Of a stretch of 64,000 nucleotides of DNA, positions 49,886 through 63,255 are shown one piece after another. Position numbers and translations under genes: made by a program. How positions within the stretch are numbered: position 1 is the first letter of the stretch; each line of letters starts with the position of its first letter. The notes below the pieces were generated by a model, which was not told the DNA's origin, searched no databases, and saw nothing but the letters and a program-made list of their open reading frames with translations. Source of the DNA: Vicugna vicugna (lineage: Eukaryota); NCBI GenBank assembly GCA_013265495.1, contig MU057936.1, forward strand, positions 136,016-200,015, given 5' to 3'.

Positions 49886-51410
49886 ACAATGGAATATTAT
49901 TCAGCAATAAAATGTAATGAAATACTGATATGTACTACAATAAGGATGAACTTTGTGAATATTATGCTGAAATGTAAGAAGCCTGATATAAAAGGCTGTG
50001 TATAGTATGCTTTCACTTATATGAAGTATCTAGAGTAGGCAAATCTATAGAAAAAAAAATAGATTAGTTTTTGCCAGGAGCTGGAGGGAAGGAGAAAGGG
50101 GAATGACTGCTAATGGGTATGAATGGGTACATGGCTTCTTTGGGGGATAATGAAAATGTTTTGAAGCCTCAGTAAATTTAAGAAAATTGAAATCGTACCA
50201 AGCATCTTTTCCGACCACAACATTATGAGGTTAGAAATCTACTACAAGAAAAAAACTGCAAAAAAGCTGCAAACACGTGGAGGGTAAACAATACGCTACT
50301 AAACAACCAATGGATCATGGAAGAAATCAATGAGAAAATCAAAAACTACTTTGAGACAAATGAAAATGAAACACAATGATCAGAAACCTCTGGGTCACAG
50401 CAAAAGCAGCTAAATGGGAAGTTTGTAATGATACAAGCCTACCTCAGGAAATAACAGAAATCTCAAAGAAACAACCTAACCTTACGCCTAAAGCAGCTAG
50501 AGAAAGAAGAACAAACAAAACCCAAAGTTAGTAGAAGAAAAGAAATCATAAAGATTAGAGCAGAAATAAATGAAATAGAGACTAAAAAACCAATAGAAAA
50601 GATCGGTGAAACTAAAAGCTGGTTCTTTGAAAAGGTAAACAAAATTGATAAACCTTTAGCCAGACTCATCAAGAAAAAAAAGGAGAGGGCCCAAATTAAT
50701 AAAATCAGAAATGAAAAACTAAGTTACGACCGACACCACAGAAATACAAGGGATCATAAGAGGCTACTATGAGTAGCTATTTGCCAACAAAAAGAACAAC
50801 GTAGAAGAAATGGACAACTTCTTAGAAAGGTACAATTTGCCAAGACTGAATCAGGAAGAAGTAGACAATATGAATAGACCAATTACCAGTACTGACATTG
50901 AATCAGTAACTTAAAAACTCCCAACAAACAAAAGTCCAAGACCAGATGACTTCACATGTGAATTCTACCAAACATTTAGAGAAGAGTTAACAGCTATCCT
51001 CCTGAAACTGTTTCAAAATATTGCAGAGGAAGGAATCCTTTTGAATTCATTTTATGAGGCCACCATCACCCTGATATCAAAACCAGACAAAGATATCACA
51101 AAAGAAGAAAATTATAGGCCAATGTCACTTATGAATATAAGTGCAAAAATTCTCAGTAAATACTAGCAAATTGACTACAACAATGCATTAAAAGAATCAT
51201 ACACCATGATCAGGTGGGATTTATGCAGGGATTTTTCAATATCTACATATCAATCATTGCGATACACATTAACAAATTGAAGAATAAAAACCATTTAATC
51301 ATCTCAGTAGATGAAATTACATAATAGGTTGCACTACTCTGTGAATGTACTAAAAACATTGAATGGTATACTTTTTTGGAATCATATGCTATGTCATTAT
51401 ATCTCAATAA
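49886..51410 (+). mobile_element. Old L1 (L1MB/ME-like) 3' end interrupted by an internal L1 ORF2 fragment (50165-51313)
   Basis: Host '...gataatgaaaatgttttga|aattacataataggttgcactactctgtgaatgtactaaaa...tatctcaataa'; the insert carries ORF2 end-of-EN to start-of-RT sequence. Confidence 0.85.
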
Positions 51411-52201
51411 GGTTTTTTTTTTTTAAAGGGACAGTGTGTCAGCCAAATATCAGACTGTGCAATGGAGGTGAAATTCAGAGTAGTGACTATGCAGCTCATT
51501 TGTCATGAAAAGTTATTACTTTCATGATTTGGCTTTATTGAATCAAGCAAATTTGCGTATTAATGATGACTTCTTTTCTACCCCCCGGCAATATAATAAG
51601 ATGAAGAAAGCATTCACAAAAAAAGTTTTATGCTCCTTAAGGGAAAAAGAACCTGATCAAATTGAACTCATTAATTTCTGTATATGAGGCTCTGTTCTAG
51701 GTATACTCCAGAAGAAGGAAATCCTTGAAAAACAAATTCCTGGCATATAAATACTCTGTCCTTAACATAGGTTGAATTTGACTTTCTGGCCATAAACCAA
51801 ACTATATGTACCTTTTGTTTGTTTTTGCTCTTGTTTTGCTTTTAACATGCTTTATTCATCATCCATCTTGAACAGTGGCTCTTGGTGGCCACTAGATGGA
51901 AGCCTAACAACACCAAATTTTCAATTGCTTTTTTGAAATCATTTGATTTGTTCAAACTAGATTTGTGGCATGAACAAAAAGCTGTCATTGGCTTTTAGAG
52001 TCTGAATTATCTGTGTGTATTGCATAATTTCCAAGTGTGAGTAATTTATTGATGTTGCTGTCAGTCATTGCACTCATCCAAACCATAAGTCACTCTAGGC
52101 CTACCACCTGTTTGGAGATTCATTATTAATGGAGTCAGATTGGGCTCTTACCATTCACTTTCTCCCTGCCACTCCAGGAATTCTGTTGTAATCTCCTTCC
52201 T

Positions 52202-52620
52202 TGTTGTAGATTGTATTATTTGCTCACAATTCTTCCTTCCCTCCCTGTCCTAATCATGACTTCACTGGTGGTGTTAATACTTCCCTGCTCCCTGATTTTG
52301 GGTGTTCCATGTCACTTGTTTTAGCCAATGTTATGTGAGAAGACAAGGTTTGCCAAATTTGATGAAAAGATGTAAATGTGCTTGCATGGTTGGCTTTGGC
52401 CTCTTATGTTTCTTGCATCCACCATTTGAAGAACACATCCTGGGCATGTTGCAGATTAAGGGGATATGTTGAGCAGACATGAGCCCCGCCCAACCAAACT
52501 CAACGCACAGCTAAGCCTCGCAGGTCCCAGCTGACTCCTGCAAAAGTCATTCTGTAGACCTGTGAATGAGACTTTGAGGTTGCTTGTTAAAAAGCTTTAC
52601 TGTAGCTAAATTGCCTACAA
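52202..52620 (+). mobile_element. Old MaLR LTR (MLT1H/I/J-like)
   Basis: 'cacaattcttcc...ccatgtcacttgttttagccaatg...gcttgcatggttggctttg' pattern. Confidence 0.55.
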
Positions 52621-53000
52621 CAACCCCTCAACATGCAAGAGTTTCATACCTAGTTCTTTTACTAATGTCGTTCCCTTGCATGGAATGACAGCAGCCAGAA
52701 TTTGGTTACTCTCAGTTATAAATAGACACTGGCTATTAGTCGTTGCAAATTGGTGTCTGGTAAAGTCAATTTTTGTGTTCTAATTCACTTCAGCAAATGC
52801 TTTAATAAAAATTTGTCAAAGAGGAAAAGTTTACCTTTATGTAGTATCTAAGACTTAGTTACCATGAAAACCAGTAAGCTTCAAGGAGCAACATCACCCT
52901 CTATTATACATGCAAAGAAAAGAGTATCTCCTAGGTGCAAGTTATTTGGCTTTAGTTCTTTGTAGAGTATGTATAGTTTCTTTTATAAAGCATATGTGGT

Positions 53001-53781
53001 GCAGATGGCCAACAGGCACATGAAAAGATACTCACCATTGCCAATCTTCAGGAAAATGCAAATCAAGACCACAATGAGGTGTAACCTCCCACCTGTCAGA
53101 ATGGATTTCATCAAAAAGAACACAAATAACAAATGTTGGTAAGGATGTAGAGAAAAGGGAACCCTTGTACACTATTGGTGGGAATGTAAATTGGTACAGC
53201 CATTGTGGGAAACAGTATGGTTTCTCAAAAAAACTAAAAATAGAACTACCATATAATCCAGCAATTCAACTCCTGGGTATATATCTGAAAAAAAAAAAAG
53301 CACTAATTCAAAGATACATGCACCCTAGTGTTCATATAATAATGGAATACTACTCAGCCATAAAAAAGAATGATATTTTGCCATTTGTGACAACATGAAT
53401 GGACGTGGAGGATATTATGCTAAGTGAAATAAGTCAGACAGAGAAAGACAAATACTGTATGATATGACTTATATGTGAAATCTAAAAAAATACAGCAAAC
53501 TAGTGAATGTAACAAAAAAGGAGCAGTTTCACAGATATAGAGAACAAATTATGGTTACCATTGGGGAGAGGGAAGGAGAGAGGGGCAAGGTACAGGTAGG
53601 TGATTAAGAGGTACAAACTATTAGGTATGAAATAAACTACAAGGATATATTGTACAAGACAGGGAATATAGCCAATATTCTGTAATAACTATAAATGGAG
53701 TATAACCTTAAAAATTGTGTACTGTAACATATAATATTGTATATCAACTATACTTCAATAAAAAACAGTAAAAAAAATAAA
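53001..53781 (+). mobile_element. L1 3' end
   Basis: Remnant [38 protein letters not shown]; ends 'tatacttcaataaaaaa' plus poly(A). Confidence 0.92.
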
Positions 53782-53787
53782 GTAGCA

Positions 53788-54288
53788 TGTGGTAGGCAGA
53801 ATAATAGCTCTCCAGAGATATCAACACCCTAATTCCTGGACTTTGTGAATATGTTACTTTATGTGACAAAAGAGATTTTGTCCATATGATTAAATTAAAA
53901 GCTTTGAAATGGGGGAGATTACCATGGATTGTGTGGGTAGGCCAAATCTAATCACATAGGTCCTTAAGAGAGGGGAAATTTTCCCAGTTATGGTCAGAGG
54001 AAGATGAGCCTATGAAGAATAGTCATGGAGATAAGCATTGCTGACTTTGAAGACTGAGGAACAGGGCTACAAGCCAAGGAATGTAAGAAGCCTCTAGAAG
54101 CTGGAAAAAGGCAAAGAAACAGATTTTCCTGGAGCTTTCAGAAGGAATTAAACCCTGCATAAAATTTAATTTTAGCCCAGTGAGCCTGTCTCAGACTTCT
54201 GACCTACAGAACTATAAGATAAATGTGTGTTATTCTAAGCCACTAAATTTGTGGTGATTTGTTACACTAGCAGTAAAAAACTGTCACA
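53788..54288 (+). mobile_element. MaLR LTR (MLT1C/D-like)
   Basis: TGTGGTAGGCAGAATAAT...gcctctagaagctggaaaaaggcaaagaaacagatt...taagccactaaatttgtggtgatttgttac...CA. Confidence 0.85.
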
Positions 54289-54540
54289 TGACACACAAAG
54301 TCTTCCTCTCAAAAGGTTAGTTTTAAAGGAATTAAGAATTCCAGAAATCAGCAAGGTCCTTTATCGTCAAATCTCTATATTATAAAAAATGGGTAAATGA
54401 AATAAATATTTATTGTATTCATTATTTTTCTGTGGATTGTTTCTTTTAAATATTTTCTAAAGGTAAAAAAAATCACATTAGAAACATTTATGGGTATCTT
54501 TTATATCTGTCTCTGGGTTCGAAGCCCAACTTGGCAATTA

Positions 54541-55179
54541 CAGTTGATCCTTATCTTTTATAAATTCTGTATTTGTGAATTTACTTTGTCACTAGCATTT
54601 ATTTGTTACCCTAAAATCAATATTTGCAGCACTTTTGTTACCATTCAGAGAAGTGCACAGACTGGCAAAAATTTTGAGTTGCTTACAGGCACATTCCCAC
54701 TATGCCTTCTTCACTCAGCTCTCACAATGTAAACCAGTGTCCTTTTTGTAGTCTATTTAGCGCCATGTTTTTTGCATGTTTGTGCTTTTTGTTGGTGAAT
54801 ACCATTGTTTAAAGTGGTCCCCAAGTGTAGTGTTGAAGGGCTGGTTGGTGTTTGTAAGTATCGGAAGGCTGTGGGGTGCCTTATGGAGAAATTATGAATA
54901 CGTCTATTAGATAAGCTTTCTTTCACCATGAGTTATAGTACTGTTGGTTGTGAGTTCAATGTTAGGTGAATCAATGGTATATATTCAATAAGGTATCTTT
55001 AAACAGAAACACACAGAAAACAAGGTTTTGTGTTGATCAGTTGATGAAAATATTGTTACCAGAAGCTCACAGGAACCTAACTCTGTATTTCCCCCAGGAG
55101 CAATGGTTCAGTATTCACTCATTCTGTGTCTACAGTGACTTTATACAACACAACTACTACAAAGGACAAGAACAGACTG
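54541..55179. mobile_element. MER82-like TcMar-Tigger DNA transposon, complete non-autonomous copy
   Basis: CAG...CTG termini with imperfect TIRs (CAGTTGATCCTTATC / GACAAGAACAGACTG); TA TSDs at 54539-54540 and 55180-55181. Confidence 0.82.
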
Positions 55180-55274
55180 TACGTAGCTGAATGACCTTAA
55201 TCCTCTCTGTGTCTTTATTTCTCTAAAGTAAATTTGGGATTATAATCTTGTTTTAGGCTTCCTTCTTCCTCTTG

Positions 55275-56800
55275 GATCCACTGTTTCTTTCACTTTTTAT
55301 TGAGGTAAAACATACATACAGAAAGGCACACAAACATACATGGAGTTCAATCATTCTTTTTGACAAAATGGATGTGTACTCATATCACCAGTGAGTGACC
55401 AGATCTCTAAATGAAACATTTCCAACAGCCTTGTTCCTGCCTTGTTCCACTTCCCGTTCCCCATGTCCCCAAAGAGTACCCATGTTCCAGGCCAGTTTCC
55501 TGAGAAACAGACTCTGAGATGGTGAATTCTCGTGAGACGTTTATATGTGTTATTTAGATCAACACATATGGGGAAGTGGAAGAACCAGGATTAGACGGAG
55601 GAGGGGGGCTGCAACGCAGTCACAACTGAGGTCTGAGCTGAACCCACAGAGTACTTTGAAGCTGAGACAGCACTATGGAGTTGTTTCATATTGGGACAAG
55701 GGGACTGGGCCTTAAAACTCTTACATAAAACATCATTGGATATAGACTAACATAAGGCAGAGGGCATGACCTTAAGAAAAAGGGCTCTCTGTAATCAAGA
55801 GTGATTAACTGCTGGGGAGGGCTGACAGCTGAGGGCAGTCAGCCAACCGCCCTGCCAGCTCTGCGGAGTAAGCTTTTTAGTCCCAAAGGGAAATCTGAGT
55901 GATTTAGCAGAGTGCCCACTGTAAACTGTTGTCCTTCTAACGGCATAAATTACTTTAGCATGTTTTTGAGCTTCATGTGAATAGAGTTATACATTATTTC
56001 CTTTTTTATGTCTGACTTCCTTCACCCAGCATTACGATTGTGGAATTTATCCATTTTGGACTACACAGCAATACTTTATTCATTCTCATTGATTATGAAT
56101 ATGCTGCAGCTTATTTGGGTGAATGTGTGTGTGTGGATTTCACATCTTTATTACTTCAAAAACTATCTTCCTTTATAGAACTTTTAAAACCTCTTTTAAA
56201 AGTTTATATATGAAAATTACATATATTTAAGGTGTACAATGTGATGTTTTGATATACATAGTGAAATGATTACTGCAGTCAAGCTAATTAACATACTCAT
56301 TTCCTCACATAGTTACCTTGTGTGCATGTGTGTCTGTGTGGTGAGAGCACATCATCTCTACTCTCTTAGTGCATTTCTAGGATACATTACAGTATTACTA
56401 ACTATAGTCACCATGCTGAACATCAAATGGCAGGATCTCCTTCTTTTCAAAGATAATATGTATGTTAACAGTTATATATATAAACAAATTTTTATCTATT
56501 CATCCATCAACAGACATTTATTGATCTATTATACTATTACTGATATTTGGGTTGTTTCCAATTTGGAAATGTTAAGAATAACATTGTTGCATATATCTTT
56601 TGATAGACATATAGGTACATTTCTGTTGGTTATATACTTAGGGTTCTAATTGCTGGGTCGCAGTGTTCAGCCTCAGGAGATAGTGCCCATTCTTCAAGTG
56701 GCTGTGTCCCTTAGCACCCCACAAGCAGTGTATAAGTATTCCATTTGCTACAAATATTTTCTAACATTTGGTACTGTCAATCTCAGTTATTTTTAACATG
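55275..56800 (-). mobile_element. Old L1 3' fragments with a nested ERVL LTR (LTR16/33-like, about 55483-55920) and an L1MA-like piece (about 56200-56430)
   Basis: 'ttttattgaggtaaaacatacatacagaaagg' L1 tail; 'cagactctgagatgg...gatcaacac' ERVL LTR motif; 56220-56420 resembles 2010-2200. Confidence 0.65.
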
Positions 56801-58639
56801 CCGGTATTTCTTCTTAGTCAGGAACCTTGTGGTTGCAAGTGACCTAGATAAATCTAGCTTAAATGCCAAAGGGAAGTTGGTGGAAAGAAACTGAGGTATT
56901 TCATGTAAGCCTTGAGGATAACTGAATCCTGGAAGTATACAACCAGAATCTTCTCTCCCTGTTGTAATTTTTGTTTCTGCTTCTCCATGCCTGGAAGCTT
57001 AATTTTCTCTGTATACTAGCTTCCTCCATATGGCAGGGAAGATGGTTTCCGGTATTTTGTAGGCTCAAAGCTTCAAACCCAGAGAAAGGACTCGAAGATA
57101 TTCCAAACTCGAATTTGAGCAGTCCTGTCCATTTGTGTTTTAGGGTACTCCAAAAGAACCCCTGTTTCTTCCCATCTGAATCTGAAACCAGTTAATAGAC
57201 ATAGGACTCAGATGACCAAAGAACAGGCTTTAGATTTGCAGCCAAATAGATTTCTAATATTTTGAAATACCCCAAAGTTGACAAACTTACAGTGGCAGAG
57301 ACTATGTGTTCATCAAACCTCATTTTCTTTTTCTGTTGGTTGTAACTCTTGATCACACAACTGTACTTTATTGCCCAGTTTCCCATATGATTAGGTAGAG
57401 CCGTGTTCTGGGTTCTGGCTTAGAGGAACATGGGAAGACGTGATGTATGCCATCATCAGGTCTAGTTTATAACAAACTGCCTATGCAATCATTCAGCTGA
57501 ATGCAGAAGAGGAAAAGATCCAAGATGATGACATACCTATAGTATGGAAGGACCCTGGGTCTTTGAATGACATGTGAAGATTCTCTCTCCATCACCTCTA
57601 CCACCAAACTGCACTGGACCTTAATAAGGAAAAAAAAGTAAGATTCACTTAACAAGCCAAAGAGATTGGTATTGTTTATTATGGCAGTTAGCCTACCCTA
57701 ATTACCCAGTCAAAAGAAATTCTGGACAGCTAAAGAACTTTCACGGATGTAGGTTGTATCTACAGGGCCCCAGTGGACTTACAGTATTTCCTCTTGGTGG
57801 AAATGCAGATCCCAAAGTTAAAAAGTCTAGACAGAGCTGAATCATCATGCTCTATTTCTTGTGCTAAAGTCATCAGTAATATATTTCCGTCCTGCTCCCG
57901 TTTTCCCTCATGGAGAGTGGAATGAGAAATCGCTCAAGAACACATGAAGCACAAGAAATAAGGTTCTCTGTTTCCCTCAATGCCAGGGAACAAACTCCAC
58001 CTGGTCCTCAGGTGCCTGACTTTAAGCCAACAACAGGAGACGCCAGGGGCGGGTCAAGTCAGCTGTGGTGAGGGAGGTGTGGGTCCTGTAGGAACAGGGG
58101 CTCCCCCTGGGACCACATAATCCGAGGATGTGTTTGTGTGGGGCAGCTCCCCAGAAGAGGAGGATGCTGTTCCAGAAGTGGTGGCAGAGCTAAGGAGATG
58201 GTCCAGGGATTGTACCCTTCAGTCTGCCCTTGTGGACTGTGAGACCCATAGAAGTGAGTGAGTCCCAGATCTGTTTGTGTCCCCTACACCATCCAGCACT
58301 CCAGGCACCGAGCACTTCCTCCCCTGAGCAATTCTTCACCTTTGGAAACGGGCACAGAGAGAAAGGAGCAGCCAAAGTGGGCTCAGAAAGGCCTGGAACA
58401 ACCTGTTAGACACATCTGTGGGGATGGAAGATGGCTTCAGCCCCCAGATACAGGCCCGGGACGCCTTTGGGCAGAGTTCCTGCAGTGCTTTCCGAGAAGC
58501 CCGGGGTTCGGGAGCCTGGCCACAGTGAGCAGCGGTTAATAAAGGTGATCAGGGAGCCAGTCCCAGCTCTGTCACCAGACAGTAAGTGAAAGATGTGATG
58601 AGTCCTCCCCAGACTGGGTGATTTCCTGCATTCTCGCTA

Positions 58640-58790
58640 ATCCTCGCAATGCTGTGAGGTAGGATTGGTCTTATCATCTCCCACACGAGGAAACTGAAGT
58701 CCAGGATATAAACTACTTGCCCAAGATGCTGTGGAAACTGGATTCAAGTCAGATCTGACTCTCAGCACTACCCCTGGTGACCTCAGCCAC
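58640..58790 (-). mobile_element. MIR SINE
   Basis: 'gaggaaactgaag...acttgcccaag...ggattcaagtcagatctgactc'. Confidence 0.7.
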
Positions 58791-59919
58791 CTGTTCAATA
58801 ACATGGGGTGCAACCAGGACACTGGGTCATGTAATTCCTTGAGGCCTCTCCCAGCTTCACATAGTGGGAGAAGCAAGCGGTGCAGACGCAGCAGGAAATA
58901 GCTGTTATGATTCTGTAGCAGCACGGTAACACCCCACCCCCTTTCTCGGCACAGTTCTAACCTTCAGCAAGGCCAGGTTTCTCCTACCCAACTGCACAGA
59001 GCAGTCTCCTCTTGCTACTAGGAAGTGAGTTTAAGTAAACTTTAAAAAATCACAAAGGGCTATAGTTTGAGACTGAACAAACCTTTTCGCCAGAGGGCTG
59101 TCAGGCCCCTGACCCTGGCTGGGATGAGGGAGGGGTTAAGTTGTGCATCACTCCTCTCATGTGCTGGTTAAACACCACCCTTTCCTGTTACTCTTGATTT
59201 CAGTACTGTATTTCTAATTTATATGTGACATTTCCATATATGGAGGTGGTCTTCCATCCTTTTTCAATGGGAAAGATCAATACTGTATTGTCAAAGTAGA
59301 GAAGATATTTGGATTGCCTTTCCTTGTAGGACTAAAAGTAGTTTTCTGGAAAGTTATTTGCCCTTCTCCTGCCAACCTATTCTTCCTTGGTCAATTCAAC
59401 TAATAAGTTGCTTTTTATGCATGCTTATTCCAACAAGAGTGTAATTTTCTTCCCTCCTCCCCCTCTTGACTGTTTAGTGCACATAATAGGTCTCAAATAA
59501 TTGCTTAGTAGATATATGTACCACTTGGATTAACCAAACCAACACCTCAAATGTGGCTCATAGTTGCCCACTGCCATTTTTGAGTCTAGGAATGAGGAGT
59601 TGGGGTAATGTGGCAAACAATTTTCTGAGCCTGCCTTCAGCATTTACTAGCTACCAACTCAAGCTTAATTCTTGAAAAATGAGTGCAAGGAACAAGGGGA
59701 TTATCATAGGTCCTTAATAGTCTCCTGACAGTTATTTTATGATTAAGCACATGAGGTTCAAAAGTCCAACATCTTATTTGTACTTTTTATTCTAGAAGAA
59801 GTTCAAATGATTCCTCTCTCACATGTGGCCAGGGACTGTGATCTCTCTTGTGGCAGTTTCTAGTCAAGCAGTGGCCCCAGTGAGCATGTATTGCTTATTA
59901 AATGACCAGTTCACCCAAG

Positions 59920-60631
59920 TGTTACTGAGCAAGGACTCCTGTGCCTGCGGTGCAGAAAGCCAAACTCTGACAGTAGGACTTGCAGCAAAGTAAGGGTTTA
60001 TTTGCAGGACACCAAGCAAGAACAGGCAGCTATGCTCAAAAGACCTGAGCTCCCCGATGGATTTCAGGCAAGGATTTTCAAAGTGTTCGGGGAGAGGGTC
60101 ATAGGATGTGCGATCAGTTTATGGACCTTCTTCTGTTTGGTTGGTGGTGAGGTAACAGGGTGATGTTTTGGGAATCTCAGTCATCAACCTTCTAGTTCCA
60201 ACCAGTCTGGGGTCTAGTGCCTATAGTCAGCATGGAGTCACCATCCTCCACTGGGTGGGGATCTTAGTTTCTGCAGAACAACTCAGAGATACGCATCAGA
60301 TTGTTATCTGTATCCCTTCAGGAGGAACTAGGAGGCATGTGGCACTATTGTTTTAATCATTAACTGCTGGAGTCTGCTCTTTGGAACTTAGGGAGGGCCT
60401 GGGAGACCAAAGCCTGTTTTTCTACAAACAGGAAATGGGGGACATAGAGGCCCTTTTGTGGACCCAGGAGGGCCCCACAGGGTCCTGCTTGGTTTCAGTC
60501 CCCTTTTTTCTTTGATACTTCTCAATCCTGAGGGGAACAGGAGCAGGACAAAAAAAGGGAATAAAGTTTTAGGTAGAGAGATTAATCATAAATTCAGCAG
60601 GAGAGCTCAGTTTTAGGCGGACTTGGTTTCA
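59920..60631. mobile_element. ERV solo LTR (ERV1/MER41-like)
   Basis: TG...CA termini (TGTTACTGAG...TTGGTTTCA), about 710 bp; subfamily recalled, not verified; TSD imperfect. Confidence 0.6.
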
Positions 60632-61079
60632 CAGAGAGGATTGTGGAAGAACCAACATAGGAAAAAGGCAAAAAGCAGAAGCCTCGGTGGGGAGTGATGC
60701 TCTACATAAAGGTGCCATGTCCTGTTTTATATCCTCTAAGGCAAGGATTGATTGAAAAAATGGTTGAGGGAACAGAGGTATCCTCTAAACACATGTGTGC
60801 AGTATGATTTTTTTAAATAAGAAAATTATTTCTACTTTCTTAGAGCACTGGTTTCTCAAGTTACATAGGACAGTTGTCCTCATCTTTGGGACCTTGGTAG
60901 AGAATGTGTGGGCAGCAGGACAGAGGGCAGTTTCTGAGTTATTGCAGGTAGCCTGCAAATCCAGATGTTCATGGAGCTTTGTCTGAGAGTTGAATAATGG
61001 CTCACAATGGACTGCTGTTTTCAAAGTAGGTAGATGCTCTTGTGATTAAGACAGCACAAATTTACTTTAAAAAGTCTTG

Positions 61080-62120
61080 CAGGCTGCCATCCTGTGTACC
61101 ATTGGCCTATACTAGGGTCTTTGGGAGATAGATAGCTCCTGTGCCCTCTGCCTGAGGGTTTTCTCTGTCCCCTGGAATAAGCTCAGTCATGGGTGGCAGT
61201 TCAGAAATACTGGGGAGTTCATGCCTGGAGGACCAACCCTCAAACGAGGAGGAACAGTAGTTTGTTCATAAATACTCCAGATTCTTTGTCACAGAAGGGA
61301 CAATTCTGAGGTGTGTACTTCATAGTCTCTCTGAGACTCCCCAGTAGGACTGAGCCCTACTTGCGTACAGCAGCATCCTTCTCATCAACTTATTCTTTAT
61401 TAGATTCTTTCCCTTCATTGCCAGACTTCTTCATTCCCCTATTGTTTCTTGGAGTCACCACTTAAACCAACTACTTGAAATCAAATCCTTATCTTAAGAG
61501 TCTGCTTGAGGACCTCAATGTTCATAGCAGTGCTATTTACAATAGCCAAGACATGGAAATAACCTAAATGTCTATCAACAGATGACTGAATAAAGAAGTT
61601 GTGGTATATTTATACAATGGAATACTACTCAGCCATAAAAAAGAATAAAATAATGCCATTTGCAGCAACATGGATGGACCTGGAGACTGTCATTCTAAGT
61701 GAAGTAAGCCAGAAAGAGAAAAATACCATATGATATCACTTATATGTGGAATATAAAAAAATTACACAAATGAACTTATTTACAAAACGGAAAAAGACTC
61801 ACAGACATAGAAAACAAACTTATGGTTACCGGGGAAGGGGGGAAGTGGGTGGGAAGGGATAAACTGGGAGTTCACAATTTGCAGATACTAACTACTATAT
61901 ATAAAATAGATAAATAACTTATTTGTATTGTATAGCACAGGAAACTATATTCAATACTTGTAATAACCTATAATGTAAAAGAATATGAAAATGAATATAG
62001 GTATGTATATATATGACCAAAACATTATGCTGTACCCTAGAGACTGACACAACATTGTAAACTGACTATACTTCAAAAAAAATTTTTTTAAATGAATCTG
62101 CTGGAAGGAACCCTAAGACA
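61080..62120 (+). mobile_element. ERVL LTR (LTR16-like) interrupted by an L1 3' end (61514-62080)
   Basis: LTR end 'ctacttgaaatcaaatccttatcttaagagtctgct...ggaaccctaagaca'; L1 3'UTR flanked by GA(G/A)TCTGCT duplicates. Confidence 0.75.
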
Positions 62121-63115
62121 AAACCTTACATATTACTAGTAAATTTTCATTTCTATGGGTCTTCTTAGTTAGATATGAAAAATATTACTGTTTATTTGGC
62201 AAAACACATAAAAGGCTGTGTCCAGTGTGTAAAGAATGAGCTAATTAAGGGCACATTGAGAGTAGCTGTAGGTCTGTGGGCCCACGTGCCGGAAGTGAGT
62301 CACATTAATGGATCATATACCGAATCCTTGATGTTAACTGCCCCCACTGTCTTCAATCATCACCATCAAATTACGCCACAGAATCCACACTTTTGGTCTA
62401 GGGTTGTACAGGAAAATGTCATGTGACTGCATCTGTTGGGGGAGAGGAAAGGAAGGAGGAGATGGTGGTGGTGGTGGTTGAGGGCCCTGAGCAACATTAC
62501 CTCTGGGGAGAGAAGGGCTCTTTACATGGGCTAAACACTGTGTAGGGTCTGAAGTCATGGTTCACAGTTTATCAGTTGGAGCCCTTAATCATGTTTACAG
62601 TTGATAAACAACACACATTTTCTAGACTCTTCCAGGTTAGGAAACAAGCTTTAAGTCATATTTTAATGTTTCCAAATTCTGTACTAACCCTTTTAGTCCA
62701 TGGTGTTGAATAAAATTGTTGCTTTGTCAAACTGGGAAATGGTTTAAGTGGCCATGACCTACACATTAGATTAGTTGTTTGATGTAATAACTTGCAAAGC
62801 TGTGTTTTATAAGTGGGATGTCAAATCATTACTTCTCATCTGCTTTTGAAGTCTTAATTGCCAAAGGGAGTTGTTTTGAATAAAGTGAATTTGGGGAATT
62901 AAATTTAAATCATTTTTCACGTTGTCAATCAACAATTCCAAAAAAAGCATAACCATATGTTTCTTATATATAAAAACAAAACTACACATTCTCCTATTTT
63001 CTTCACCTCTCTATGGTAACAGTTTTTGTGTGCAATGAAAGATTTATGTACTGTTGTTTTTGTCAGGAATAGAAAATATTTTCTCAAGGTTAAGTTAGTC
63101 AACAATATTGGTATA

Positions 63116-63255
63116 GCAGGGAAGGTATAGCTCAATGGTAGAGAGACTGCTTAGCATACACGAGGTCCTGAGTTCAATCCCCAGTACCTCCATTAGTACA
63201 TAAATAAATAAACGTAATTGTCTTGCCCCCCCCAAAAGAACCAAAAACAAAACAA
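63116..63255 (+). mobile_element. tRNA-derived SINE (Vic-1 type)
   Basis: GGGAAGGTATAGCTCAATGGTAGAG...GAGTTCAATCCCCAGTACCTCC; TSD AACAATATT(G/A)GTATA. Confidence 0.9.

Noticed and set aside
60160..60180. Possible STAT1 GAS site in the MER41-like LTR
   Set aside because: TTTTGGGAA does not match TTCNNNGAA, and the subfamily call is uncertain.
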